Virus record (IMG/VR): IMGVR_UViG_3300042197_000954
Span: 1 to 53,049 of that record
Origin: a virus
Lineage: Duplodnaviria > Caudoviricetes
DNA: 53,049 nucleotides
Strand: one strand, 5' to 3'
Below the pieces are notes generated by a model. It was not told the DNA's origin and searched no databases. It saw nothing but the letters and a program-made list of their open reading frames with translations. Made by a program: the position numbers and the translations under genes. Positions 21,595-31,914 of this stretch are shown piece after piece. Every line of letters begins with the position of its first letter. The first letter of the stretch is position 1.

Positions 21595-22317
21595 ATGAAT
21601 TACACAACCTCAAAAAGGTATGTTATACCTCAATCTTTCATTACCAAGGGTAAGCAAAGATTAAAACAACACATTGACTCCGTTTATCTTGATAACGGGG
21701 ATGAGTTCGAAATTGAACTTTTTAATCCAACAGAAAATAAAGTCTTAGCCAAAATAGAACTGAATGGTGAATCCATCGGTAATGGTATCATTCTTCGTCC
21801 AGGTGAGCGAGTTTTTCTCGAAAGATATTTGGATGAACCCAAAAAGTTTTTATTTGAAACTTATCATGTGGATATGAATAATAAAGATGTTAAAAATGCC
21901 ATTCAAAAAAATGGGGATGTCATTGTTAAGTTTTATGAACAATATTTTACAAATACAAATTATGTTCACACGGATTTAATTTACAATTATAATAACAATA
22001 CTTCTGATAATATTTCCATTTTTAATACATCAAATAACACATCATTTAATACTAATGACAAATTCTTATATTCAACGTTGATAGGGGATTTAAAAGAAAC
22101 TGGACGTGTTGAAAAAGGTTCAAAATCGGACCAATCATTTAATTATGATTATACAACTTTTAGTCAATATCCCACAAAATCTGATTGGTGGAAAATAAAA
22201 CCAAATTCAACCAAAGTCATGGTTCGAGAAGATTTGGTTGTTTACTGTACCGAATGTGGTTCAAAGAGAAAAAAAGATAGTTACCGTTACTGCCCGACGT
22301 GTGGTACTAAGTATTAA
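21595..22317 (+). CDS. hypothetical protein with C-terminal zinc ribbon
   Basis: CTECG...CPTCG at C-terminus. Confidence 0.75.
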   Translation: MNYTTSKRYVIPQSFITKGKQRLKQHIDSVYLDNGDEFEIELFNPTENKVLAKIELNGESIGNGIILRPGERVFLERYLDEPKKFLFETYHVDMNNKDVKNAIQKNGDVIVKFYEQYFTNTNYVHTDLIYNYNNNTSDNISIFNTSNNTSFNTNDKFLYSTLIGDLKETGRVEKGSKSDQSFNYDYTTFSQYPTKSDWWKIKPNSTKVMVREDLVVYCTECGSKRKKDSYRYCPTCGTKY

Positions 22318-22342
22318 AAAGTAAACTAATCACAAAGTCTTT

Positions 22343-22370
22343 GAAGGGGTTACAATTTGTAACCCTTTCT
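22343..22370. terminator. bidirectional intrinsic terminator
   Basis: aggggttaca/tgtaaccctt stem between convergent genes. Confidence 0.65.
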
Positions 22371-22373
22371 TAT

Positions 22374-22664
22374 TTAAAACCCAACCGGTATTGATTTGAT
22401 GTCACTAATTTTTATATTTTTTAATGGCAAAGTTCCATGTGCCATTGGTTTAAAAGAACCATTCATATGTAGATATTGAAAGTGGTAGTACAAATACATT
22501 GGAACCACTTTATCACGATATTCTTCTTTTATTTTTACACCAATGTTTTCTTCATTGAATTCTTTTAATGGTTTTCCGACGTTATTTTCGGTGCCCTTTC
22601 TTTGTAACCAAAAGTCCGCTTCGGGAAAGTTGGTTTTAAATGTGCACAAATCTCCTATTGTCAT
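22374..22664 (-). CDS. small protein resembling one type I restriction specificity (HsdS) half-domain
   Basis: TIGDLC N-terminus; YLYY...GT...IKISDIKSIPV C-terminus. Confidence 0.5.
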   Translation of the reverse strand: MTIGDLCTFKTNFPEADFWLQRKGTENNVGKPLKEFNEENIGVKIKEEYRDKVVPMYLYYHFQYLHMNGSFKPMAHGTLPLKNIKISDIKSIPVGF

Positions 22665-24259
22665 AATTCAGAAAGTCTATCAGTTAAATAATCGTTATAT
22701 TCTTTTTCATCGATATCAGGTGTCCATCTATCATCAAGATAGAATCTTGGTTTTTCGTAATAGTCCCCAAGTATTTCATTAAAAATACACTCAACATCTT
22801 CATCACATTTATCATATAATTCATCCATTTGACTATCACTAAAATTTTTTGTAATATTATTTAAATCTATTTTAATTGTTGCACCGGTGTTGTCTAATTT
22901 TAAAACTTCACCATATTCACTTAATGCATTTTTTAATTGTTTTATTGCGTAATCGTAGTACGATGACGTGGCAACATCTGAATATGTATAATTAATCCTA
23001 TCTTTGATTTCATCGTCATCATCGTATTTTTCAATTAATTCTTTAGTGGACATATCGGGGTCGTAATCCGTACCAGCTTTATTTTTTAAATAATCAATAA
23101 TGGTCTGTTCATTATAATCATTAATATAATATTCAAGAGAACTTTCCCAATCATTATCAAAATAATCCAAATCAGTAAAGAAATCATCCGATAATAATCG
23201 TTCAATAAAGTATATATTTTCTACGTTTCCATATCTATTTTTTCTTTTAGCAACAACCCAGTTTCCTTCGACAAGTCCTGATACGTGTTCTGGTTCAACA
23301 TCATAATTAAAAATAACATTTCTAGGCGCCAGTTCGTCAATTAAACCAAGTTCTTTTAGTTTTCTTTTTAATTTATACATGTTAAAGATTTTAGGTTTCG
23401 CCTGATATATTTTCACAATTTGGTCATCTGATAAATCATTAATACTAAAATCCGTGGAGGCATCATATTCCGAACCAAAACCATTTATGATATCCGTGTT
23501 TAAAATTAAATCAACGATATATGGGTGATATATCTCTTTGGGTTTACTATTTTTTGGTCCTTTTAATTGATACATAATACCGGTTCCATTTTCTATGGCG
23601 GCGGTTAAATGGCTTTTATTAATTGTGTAATTATCTTTTAGTTTTTTTGTCTCCCTAAACGAATATACTGAATTATTGGAATTTGTTCTACCACAATGAC
23701 CCATTCGATTACATTCCTCTCTTGAGTCGTTTGTATTAAGATTTACCCAATAAAAACCAATACCATTTTCATCTCTATAATCTTTTACAATTTCATTTGT
23801 TTCGATGTAATTAATATCACCTTCTCCCGATGTTAATTCTTGATGCCATTTTCTTGATTCAGAATATAGTTCATTAAAATTTAAATTCTTATACTCACCC
23901 AAATTACCATTTAAACCGACACGAATCCAGTCCATTATCGATACGATATTACTTCTCATACCTCTAACACCAGCACTTTTATTTATTGCGTCAATACCCA
24001 TTTTTTTTCTATACTGGGGGTCTGTATTGAAAATTTCTCCAACTCGTTTTTCTTCATCTTCGGGTACCGCACTCATCATATATTCTAATCTTTGTTGAGC
24101 AAACGCATCGATTAGTTTATTACCGATGATAATTGAAAAGGGTCCGGCCAATTGTTCTAAAGCTTCAGCATTATCTTGACTCAAACCAAGTTTATTTACC
24201 AAGGTATCTTGTCTATTGGCTTCCAAAACCAATTCCTCAATTAAATTTATTATTTTCAT
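22661..24259 (-). CDS. hypothetical phage protein with PcfJ-like domain
   Basis: SRKWHQEL, EECNRMGHCG, YQLKGPKNSKP. Confidence 0.6.
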   Translation of the reverse strand: MKIINLIEELVLEANRQDTLVNKLGLSQDNAEALEQLAGPFSIIIGNKLIDAFAQQRLEYMMSAVPEDEEKRVGEIFNTDPQYRKKMGIDAINKSAGVRGMRSNIVSIMDWIRVGLNGNLGEYKNLNFNELYSESRKWHQELTSGEGDINYIETNEIVKDYRDENGIGFYWVNLNTNDSREECNRMGHCGRTNSNNSVYSFRETKKLKDNYTINKSHLTAAIENGTGIMYQLKGPKNSKPKEIYHPYIVDLILNTDIINGFGSEYDASTDFSINDLSDDQIVKIYQAKPKIFNMYKLKRKLKELGLIDELAPRNVIFNYDVEPEHVSGLVEGNWVVAKRKNRYGNVENIYFIERLLSDDFFTDLDYFDNDWESSLEYYINDYNEQTIIDYLKNKAGTDYDPDMSTKELIEKYDDDDEIKDRINYTYSDVATSSYYDYAIKQLKNALSEYGEVLKLDNTGATIKIDLNNITKNFSDSQMDELYDKCDEDVECIFNEILGDYYEKPRFYLDDRWTPDIDEKEYNDYLTDRLSEL

Positions 24260-26061
24260 ATGAATCTTTTAAAAGACATTATTGTCTCAAATAATTTATG
24301 TGTTATAAAATATTGCGGTAAATTTTCTATTTTAATTGTTCCATCAAATTTTTCATTTGTTTTTTTGCTTAAATAATTAACAAAAATTGATTTTTCTTCA
24401 CAATCAACCGAATTTTCAAGTATAACAAGTTCAAACTCGTCATTTTCAAATTTGTTGGTGCCATTCATAAATTTTAATTTAATTTTGTGTAAATCGTTTC
24501 TTAATTTAACACAATCTAAACTATCGTCATTATAATATTCCTCAATTACATCTTCAATATCGTCTTTTAAATTATCATAATTAACATCACTTCTTTCCCA
24601 ATTATAAAATACATCACTATCGAATTCTGTTGGTATACTATAATGATAAATAAAATTCTCAAAGAAATCATTAATGTCATTTATTCTATCTATGTTTTGT
24701 TCGGTCAAATATTTGACAAAATAACCCAAATTAACTTTTACTTCCATCAAACTATTATAACTCGCATAACCAAATTCAAAATAATTTTCAATTTCTTTTT
24801 CAGCAACCGCCATACTTGCTTCAAAATTTGGTTGGTTCAATTCCGCGTATTTATTAATATATTTATCCATAATATCTTCATAAAACTTTTCTAAAAATGA
24901 TTCTTCAAATATTTCGTAATTATCTAAACCCATTTCTCTAAAAATTTTGGTTTTATTTTGTTCATAATATTTTTTTAAAAATGAGATGAATATATCATCA
25001 AAGTAGTAATTATCATTATTTGAAACATCATCATAAACATAATCATATGAATTATATCTTTCTGATTTATATCCTTTTAATGTGTTATAAACACTATCTA
25101 AATCACCCATCAGTTTCATTTTAAAAATCACTTTACCATTTTCAACATCTTCAACATATTCTGTGCTTAGTGGAAAGATAATTAGTTCGTTTATTTTGTC
25201 GACATCATTTGAAACAACCGCTTTTATCAAAATATTATTGGTATTGGATGAAATTCTTTCTGTAATTTTTTTAATGTCATCTTGAGGTAAGATATCTAAT
25301 TTATCTAGTTCTTCTGTCATTTTTTCAAAAGATAAGGATTCATTAACCAACGATGGAAAGAAAAAATATTTTATTTCCGGATTTTCTGATAAAAAACTTT
25401 TTGCATTAATTGGGTTATCATTCACATTCATGTATTGTTTTTCTGGAAAATGAAATTGATATTTTTCATTTATATTGCTCTTTTTAATTATAATGTACAA
25501 TAATCCTGTTTTATTATATTGTTTAAATCTGTTTGTTCTATCTCTAAAGTCAGGATTTAACGATAGGGGACCCCATGTTGTGCACCATTGGGTATTAACA
25601 CCCAAATAACAAGCGGCCTTTTCTGTTTTTGGGATAAGAATAACCCAATCTTTCCCGTCAAAAACTTGTGTGTATTCATTTGGAGATAATGAACCAATAA
25701 TCAAACTTAAATCAATTGTCTTTTTAATAATATATTTTTCAACAAGTGGGTATATATCGGAAATGTATCTTATTTTTGATACGTCCACCGGTATTTTGTG
25801 ATTATATATAATGGTCAAATATTCTGTTGCTTTTGGCAAATCTTCGGTTTTTAAATTTCCATTTTTATGTATACCTAAAAGCATTTTTGAATATGGACCA
25901 ATTCGTTCAATTTTATCACCAGTTATTTTTGTCGAGGGGTCTGCAGATATAATATTTTTAAAAGTATTATACGGAATATCTTCATAATACTTTTTATAAA
26001 TTTCTTCTGGTGTCGCTTCCAGTATTATGGATTTAATTAAATTCGTTAATTTCATACTCAT
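24256..26061 (-). CDS. hypothetical phage protein with PcfJ-like (WC-motif) domain
   Basis: PKTEKAACYLGVNTQWCTT, LYIII, KYQFHF. Confidence 0.6.
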   Translation of the reverse strand: MSMKLTNLIKSIILEATPEEIYKKYYEDIPYNTFKNIISADPSTKITGDKIERIGPYSKMLLGIHKNGNLKTEDLPKATEYLTIIYNHKIPVDVSKIRYISDIYPLVEKYIIKKTIDLSLIIGSLSPNEYTQVFDGKDWVILIPKTEKAACYLGVNTQWCTTWGPLSLNPDFRDRTNRFKQYNKTGLLYIIIKKSNINEKYQFHFPEKQYMNVNDNPINAKSFLSENPEIKYFFFPSLVNESLSFEKMTEELDKLDILPQDDIKKITERISSNTNNILIKAVVSNDVDKINELIIFPLSTEYVEDVENGKVIFKMKLMGDLDSVYNTLKGYKSERYNSYDYVYDDVSNNDNYYFDDIFISFLKKYYEQNKTKIFREMGLDNYEIFEESFLEKFYEDIMDKYINKYAELNQPNFEASMAVAEKEIENYFEFGYASYNSLMEVKVNLGYFVKYLTEQNIDRINDINDFFENFIYHYSIPTEFDSDVFYNWERSDVNYDNLKDDIEDVIEEYYNDDSLDCVKLRNDLHKIKLKFMNGTNKFENDEFELVILENSVDCEEKSIFVNYLSKKTNEKFDGTIKIENLPQYFITHKLFETIMSFKRFI

Positions 26062-26087
26062 ATAAATATCTATTATATTTATATATT

Positions 26088-26789
26088 ATGGATAATATTA
26101 TTAGAAGAATACTACAAGAATATATTCAAGAGAGGAATTTGGATATGTCAGAAATAACCATTAATAAAGATGGACATGCATATGAAAGATACGAAGACAG
26201 GTTTTTAAATGATGACCATTTGGTTGTAAAATTTGCAAAAGACAGAATTTCTTCATCTAGAGAGTATTATAATAAAATAATTGGGAGATACAAAATAAGT
26301 GAGGATATTAAAGAAAAAATAATCAATATATATACGAAACTACAAGATATTGATTTAAAAGAAGACGTGTATTATCGAATTGTGGTTCATAAATTTAACC
26401 TTAATCTAAATGATATAAGATTTAATAGTCTTTTTGTTAAAAATGAAACCATAAATGAAAAACAAAAGGGGGACCTTATTAATTTGTATTTAAGACATGA
26501 AACGGGAGAAGTGGATGAAGAGGGAAATAAAAAAAATTCAACCGGCGATATTGCGGTTCTTTTTTGTAGAGGAAATAAAGCCGTTAGTTCCATGTTTATG
26601 TATTCAAAAAATATAAAAAGCGGACAAAATATGGATAACAATACAATTTTTTTGGGGGCAACACCTGAAATATGTTCTGAATTCGGATTACAAAATGTTT
26701 TTAATTACGAATTAAAAAAGAAAAGACCCAGAATAACAACCGACACGTCCAAACTTGAACCGGTTCCAACAACCAAAAAAGAAGATTAA
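26088..26789 (+). CDS. hypothetical protein
   Basis: ORF track; IIRRILQE leader, HAYERYEDR. Confidence 0.65.
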   Translation: MDNIIRRILQEYIQERNLDMSEITINKDGHAYERYEDRFLNDDHLVVKFAKDRISSSREYYNKIIGRYKISEDIKEKIINIYTKLQDIDLKEDVYYRIVVHKFNLNLNDIRFNSLFVKNETINEKQKGDLINLYLRHETGEVDEEGNKKNSTGDIAVLFCRGNKAVSSMFMYSKNIKSGQNMDNNTIFLGATPEICSEFGLQNVFNYELKKKRPRITTDTSKLEPVPTTKKED

Positions 26790-27265
26790 CCTTTAATCAA
26801 CAACTCACCCAATACTTCGATTTTCCCAACCAATTTTTGAAATTCAACTTGACCAATATTCATTCCCTTTTTTGTGGACGAATATAGTTTCTCCAACAAT
26901 TGTTTATATTCTTTTTCGGCATCTTCCATATTTAATTTTCCTTCTGATGCTTTCTTATAATAAGGAAGTTTAACAACAAAGTGGTGATATGTTAACATGG
27001 ACAATCCACCTTTTTCTTTTGCGTTGTTTGATATTTTTTCAGCACCACCCATTCTTGTTTCCGCAAATTCTTCAAAACCATTTGTTTTATCTTCTTTTAT
27101 ATTTTTAACTTCCTTATCATATTCTTTAAATCGGTCAGGATTTGACATCATTGCGTTTTTTGGAAATAATCTTTTTTTTCTGGTGTTCGCAAGGGTGCGA
27201 GACCTCTCATCAATTTCCTTATCAATTAAATTTCTTAATTGTGATTCTGAAAAAATGTATTTCAT
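26786..27265 (-). CDS. hypothetical protein with SESQL leader
   Basis: ORF track. Confidence 0.65.
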   Translation of the reverse strand: MKYIFSESQLRNLIDKEIDERSRTLANTRKKRLFPKNAMMSNPDRFKEYDKEVKNIKEDKTNGFEEFAETRMGGAEKISNNAKEKGGLSMLTYHHFVVKLPYYKKASEGKLNMEDAEKEYKQLLEKLYSSTKKGMNIGQVEFQKLVGKIEVLGELLIKG

Positions 27266-28773
27266 TACTTACTGAGACCTTTAATTATTGGGTTTTTTAT
27301 GTATTTTTTGTATACATTTTTCATTTTAATTTGACCCTCATTTAAGTATGAATCACCAGGTATTTCGGAACCCATATTTTCAAAATCATCCAATGAAATG
27401 GTTTCATCGTATCCTTCCAATTCCGTATCACCATGTTTCCTGATATTCATTTCTTCTTCGGAAGATGGTTCATTTAATCCCAATTTTTCTTTCATTGCTG
27501 TTTCATAGTCAGAAGATGGTTCACCACCCTCCTTATTCCTTTTCAATTTGTTATAAAGTTCAGTAGCGGCCTTATCCATATTCTCAGGAGTCATATATGC
27601 ACGAGGTGTCAAAAAATCCTCATCATACTGAGACATATCCATTTCTTCTTTTATTAGTCTATTTTTTAAATGTTTTGTTCTTTTTTTAAGAAGAGTTTTT
27701 AATTGACTTTCTGTAATTGCAATTTTCTTAATTTTATTTTCATCAATAAACATGGCACCCAATTCAATATCTCTTTTTATATCTCTTAATTTTCTGCAGA
27801 ATGGGGAGTCAGATAATGGTGTTCCATCAGGTAATGAACTTTCTGAACCAATTTGACCAATACATTTCTCCATTGCTCTTTTAAGTTTTTCACCAAAAGT
27901 TAATGGTGTTCCTCTTGATAATCCATATCGTCCGGAGAATTCCTGTGAATCAAAAAGTTCCAAAATATTTTGTCTAACAATTTCTTTAATTTTATTTTCG
28001 TTAAGTCCATAACGATTTATACCCTCTATCCCTCTTAATGTTCCTTGATTTGGATTTGGTTTTGTACTTGGAAGAGTGAATCCAGGGTATCTTGTAACAT
28101 TTTGGGTATTGTCAATTGCGGATGTTGTTTTGGTTGTCGTTATGGTTCTTTCTCTTGTTAATTTAACAAATTGTTCGGCTCTTGCACCTGGTGAATTTTT
28201 TTCGGTGTTTTTTCCAACAATACCATCTGGCACCAAAATGATGTGATTTAACTTTGGGTTTTCTCTTAGAGCTCTTATCATGTTGTTTGCTCTTCTCATG
28301 GACAGGGCTTTATTGTCATATCCACGAGAACTTCCAACAGCGGATGCTCCACCTGTAACCTTTACAGTAGTTTTTGGTGGGAGATTAGTTAACGCGGTGA
28401 CCGCGTCTTTAAATTCTTTACTATTTTTATTTATACTATCTATCCCTGTTTCAAATAAATTTTGGCCAAGAGTTAAAGTTTGACCCGCTTGTAATGTTTG
28501 AATAGTTGATGGTTGTCTTCCGTGCAATTCGTTAAATGCGTCAATATCAGACCTCATTGCTTCTTTAGACCTCATTGGGGTATAACTACCCGTATTTAAT
28601 GGTGGTTTTGGTGCAAATGTACCGGGTGCCGGAACACCTTGTGCTGCTCTTTGAATATTTGTATTTTGAGTGGTAGATTGTTGTTGTCTTAAATTTGCAG
28701 GCGTTGGTTGCTCTGAAACAAGTTTTTGAACCAATCTAATAAGTTCACTTTCGGTTAGTTTTAGTTTTTTCAT
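27265..28773 (-). CDS. protein with OmpA-like peptidoglycan-binding domain and several leader-like motifs
   Basis: LFETG...VKVTGGASAVG...NKALSMRRANN; LTESEL, LNE and ITESQL motifs. Confidence 0.6.
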   Translation of the reverse strand: MKKLKLTESELIRLVQKLVSEQPTPANLRQQQSTTQNTNIQRAAQGVPAPGTFAPKPPLNTGSYTPMRSKEAMRSDIDAFNELHGRQPSTIQTLQAGQTLTLGQNLFETGIDSINKNSKEFKDAVTALTNLPPKTTVKVTGGASAVGSSRGYDNKALSMRRANNMIRALRENPKLNHIILVPDGIVGKNTEKNSPGARAEQFVKLTRERTITTTKTTSAIDNTQNVTRYPGFTLPSTKPNPNQGTLRGIEGINRYGLNENKIKEIVRQNILELFDSQEFSGRYGLSRGTPLTFGEKLKRAMEKCIGQIGSESSLPDGTPLSDSPFCRKLRDIKRDIELGAMFIDENKIKKIAITESQLKTLLKKRTKHLKNRLIKEEMDMSQYDEDFLTPRAYMTPENMDKAATELYNKLKRNKEGGEPSSDYETAMKEKLGLNEPSSEEEMNIRKHGDTELEGYDETISLDDFENMGSEIPGDSYLNEGQIKMKNVYKKYIKNPIIKGLSK

Positions 28774-28800
28774 GTTTATAAATATCCTATTGTTTTTATT

Positions 28801-29091
28801 TTACATATATAAATAATGTTTACGATATAGAGTATCAACTTCTTGACAATCGGGAAAATTATCTTTCCCTTCACACCATTTTCTTGCAATTGCAACCACC
28901 ATTGATAAATCAGCTCTACTAATATTGACTTTTAATTTGGTATGGTCAATACCAAACAATTCCGCACCTTTTAATGCTTCGGGACCCTCACCACCAAATT
29001 CTTCATTAATTGGTTTTCTATAACCATGAGATTTATGCATTTTCATAATCTCTCTTCTTTCTTTATTGTTTAAAGTAAAATTTTTATACAT
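28801..29091 (-). CDS. hypothetical protein
   Basis: ORF track. Confidence 0.6.
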   Translation of the reverse strand: MYKNFTLNNKERREIMKMHKSHGYRKPINEEFGGEGPEALKGAELFGIDHTKLKVNISRADLSMVVAIARKWCEGKDNFPDCQEVDTLYRKHYLYM

Positions 29092-29149
29092 AATGTTTAT
29101 GTTTTATAATATAAATATCATTAAATTTAGTTTAATGTGTATTCATAAT

Positions 29150-30016
29150 TTAAAAAATTTTCCCACCATTATCTTTAAATATTTTCTGTTGTTCTGGTGT
29201 TAATAATTTAAATTGTTCATCTGAAATACCTTCAACTTTTTCCACCCTTTTCATTGCATATTGAAATCTTTGGTCTGGTGTTAATAATTTAAATTGTTCA
29301 TCTGAAATACCTTCAACTTTTTCCACCCTTTTCATTGCATATTGAAATCTTTGTTCTGGTGTTAATAATTCAAATTGGCCATATGAAATACGATAACTTT
29401 TTTCCGCCATTTTCATTGCATATTGAAATCTTTGTTCTGGTGTTAATAATTCAAATTGGTCATTTGAAATACTCCCACCTTTTTCCACCATTTTCATTGC
29501 ATATTGTCCCATTTGTTCTTGTGTTAATAATTCAAATTGGTCATTTGAAATACTCCCACCTTTTTCCACCATTTTCATTGCATATTGTCCCATTTGTTCT
29601 TGTGTTAATAATTCAAATTGGTCATATAAAATACGATAACTTTTTTCCGCCATTTTCATTGCATATTGAAATCTTTGTTCTGGTGTTAATAATTCAAATT
29701 GGCCATATGGAATACGATGACCTTTTTCCACCCTTTTCATCACATATTGAAATCTTTGGTCTGGTTCTAATAATTCAAATTGGTCATATGAAATAAACCC
29801 ACCATTTTCCACCATTTTCATTGTATATTGAAATCTTTGGTCTTGTGTTAATAATTCAAATTCATAATCTTCCAAACCACGACCAGTTTGTTCAACCGCA
29901 ATTAATCTTTTCCTGATATAGGTGTTCTTTAAATTTTCTGGCAAACTTCTGACTTGGTATTCAGGTAATTGAACACCGGTGTCCACATATTTTTGCAATA
30001 GTTGTTTGTTGTTCAC
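29150..30016 (-). CDS. 27-aa repeat protein, 8 repeats (GTG start)
   Basis: NNKQLLQKYVDTG N-cap, ELLTPEQRFQYAMK... repeats, IFKDNGG C-cap. Confidence 0.85.
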   Translation of the reverse strand: MNNKQLLQKYVDTGVQLPEYQVRSLPENLKNTYIRKRLIAVEQTGRGLEDYEFELLTQDQRFQYTMKMVENGGFISYDQFELLEPDQRFQYVMKRVEKGHRIPYGQFELLTPEQRFQYAMKMAEKSYRILYDQFELLTQEQMGQYAMKMVEKGGSISNDQFELLTQEQMGQYAMKMVEKGGSISNDQFELLTPEQRFQYAMKMAEKSYRISYGQFELLTPEQRFQYAMKRVEKVEGISDEQFKLLTPDQRFQYAMKRVEKVEGISDEQFKLLTPEQQKIFKDNGGKIF

Positions 30017-30020
30017 ATTC

Positions 30021-31091
30021 TTATTTATTCATTAAGAAATTAAATTGTTCGTCACTTAACGTCCATCCTCTACCGATATATGCTGATTTATAATAATTAT
30101 TTTGAGTTTCACCCGGTTCTAATTCAGGTTTTCTATAATTTGGGTTATTTGGATTATCCAAATTCATAAACCAAGATAAATCTGGATTTTCTCTACGCAA
30201 TAACGTATCTTCATATCTTTCTTGGTCGGTTTTTGGTCTATTTACGAGTAATTCATCTACTGGAACACCTTTACTCTTTAGATAATTAATATAACCTTCA
30301 GTATCCTGACCATATTCGGCAATGGTTCCTGTACTATTAGTTTCATCAGTTAATAAAACACCATTATTTGTCACATCAAAAACAACTATATGTAATGGGT
30401 CATCCAAATTAACTTGTCCATTTTCATCAGTTTTAAACTTGTTTCTATCAACAATAAAATAAAAAGTTGAAGTTTGGTTGTCTCTATATGATTTATACAT
30501 ATTTAATTCACCAGGTTTTCCGATACAAAAACTATAGTATTTTCCTGTTAAACCTCCTTGAGAGTATGCAATACATTTACCGACATTATTTCCCTCATAT
30601 ATATCAATATTATTTCCGCTCCACATTGGTTTTTTTTCAGGTATAAATGATGAAATTTCTTCGGAACTAAGTTTATATTCTCCCGTTTTGGTGCTTGAAA
30701 GACTATGAATATGTTCCGTAAATTTTAGATAATCGTTAAAAGTTTGTTCACCAATGACCAAACCATTTTTTGTTATTTGTATGGGGGTTATTCTTCTATT
30801 ATTTAAAAGTTTGTTATATTCATTAACAATATTAATAATTTGTTTAATATTAGGTGACCCCGATTTTTTATTTTCCAAAACATAAAGATAAGCCATTATT
30901 GGAATGTTTTTTTGATTGGTTGATTGGTCACCCGAAACAAATTCTTTTACAATATCCTCCACCCTTTCAATACCATTCTTTTTTAAAAAATTTAATGAAA
31001 TTTCTTCGGATTGTCGTGATTCAATAATGATGGGTTTTAATCCCATTATTTCTCTGACTCTTTGAATTTCTTCGTTTAATGTGTGTTTCAT
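30021..31091 (-). CDS. hypothetical phage protein, PcfJ-like FC-motif domain, ends in one degenerate 27-aa-type repeat
   Basis: YSFCIG...YKSYR...TFYFIVD; C-terminal YIGRGWTLSDEQFNFL. Confidence 0.6.
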   Translation of the reverse strand: MKHTLNEEIQRVREIMGLKPIIIESRQSEEISLNFLKKNGIERVEDIVKEFVSGDQSTNQKNIPIMAYLYVLENKKSGSPNIKQIINIVNEYNKLLNNRRITPIQITKNGLVIGEQTFNDYLKFTEHIHSLSSTKTGEYKLSSEEISSFIPEKKPMWSGNNIDIYEGNNVGKCIAYSQGGLTGKYYSFCIGKPGELNMYKSYRDNQTSTFYFIVDRNKFKTDENGQVNLDDPLHIVVFDVTNNGVLLTDETNSTGTIAEYGQDTEGYINYLKSKGVPVDELLVNRPKTDQERYEDTLLRRENPDLSWFMNLDNPNNPNYRKPELEPGETQNNYYKSAYIGRGWTLSDEQFNFLMNK

Positions 31092-31110
31092 AATTTATAA
31101 ATATTTTATT

Positions 31111-31911
31111 TTATTTTATTGAATCAAATAAATGACCCTCGTTATCTTTAAATATCTCCTGTTGTTCTGGTGTTAACAATTCAAACATATTTTTTGTGAT
31201 TCCTTGATTTTTTTTTGCGGCATTTATGGCAAATTTACCTTTCCAATCTTGTGTTAATAATTTAAATTTATCATCATAAAAATAACTTGTTTCCGCCAAT
31301 TTCATGAAAAATTGTCCTTTTTGGTCTGGTGTTAATAATTCAAATTGTTTATTAGATACATCGTATCCACCATTCCATAGTTTTGGTAAATTCATAATAT
31401 ATTGAAATCTTTGGTCTGGTTTTAATAATTCAAATTGCATATCTGATATTCCCGTTGTTTGTCCCCTTTTTAATGAATATTCAAATCGTTGTTCTGGTGT
31501 TAATAATTCAAACATATTGCTTGTTATGAAATCACCATTTTCAACTCTCTTTATTGTGTATTCAAATCTTTTGTGTGGTGATAATGATTTAAACAAAGAG
31601 AACCCAATAAAATGACCCCTATCTACCATATTCATCACATATTGATTTTGTTGGTCTGGTGTTAATAATTTAAAATGGTTATCTGAAATATGATAACCTT
31701 TTTCCGCCATTTTCATTGCATATTGAAATCTCTGTTCGGGGGTTGCCAATTCAAATTCATAATATTCCAATCCATTTTTTATTTGTACCGCAGAAATTAA
31801 TCTTTTCCTGATATAGGTGTTCCTTAAACCATCTGGTAAACTTCTGACTTGGTATTCAGGTAATAGAACACCGGTGTCCACATATTTTTGCAATAGTTGT
31901 TTGTTATTCAT
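31111..31911 (-). CDS. 27-aa repeat protein, 7 divergent repeats
   Basis: same N-cap and C-cap. Confidence 0.85.
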   Translation of the reverse strand: MNNKQLLQKYVDTGVLLPEYQVRSLPDGLRNTYIRKRLISAVQIKNGLEYYEFELATPEQRFQYAMKMAEKGYHISDNHFKLLTPDQQNQYVMNMVDRGHFIGFSLFKSLSPHKRFEYTIKRVENGDFITSNMFELLTPEQRFEYSLKRGQTTGISDMQFELLKPDQRFQYIMNLPKLWNGGYDVSNKQFELLTPDQKGQFFMKLAETSYFYDDKFKLLTQDWKGKFAINAAKKNQGITKNMFELLTPEQQEIFKDNEGHLFDSIK

Positions 31912-31914
31912 AAT

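Noticed and set aside
1875-28483. Short ORFs nested in or antisense to long genes (1875, 2223, 3412, 5321, 5994, 8685, 10272, 12788, 14929, 20524, 24643, 26387, 26997, 28280)
   Set aside because: Overlap well-supported genes and show no motifs
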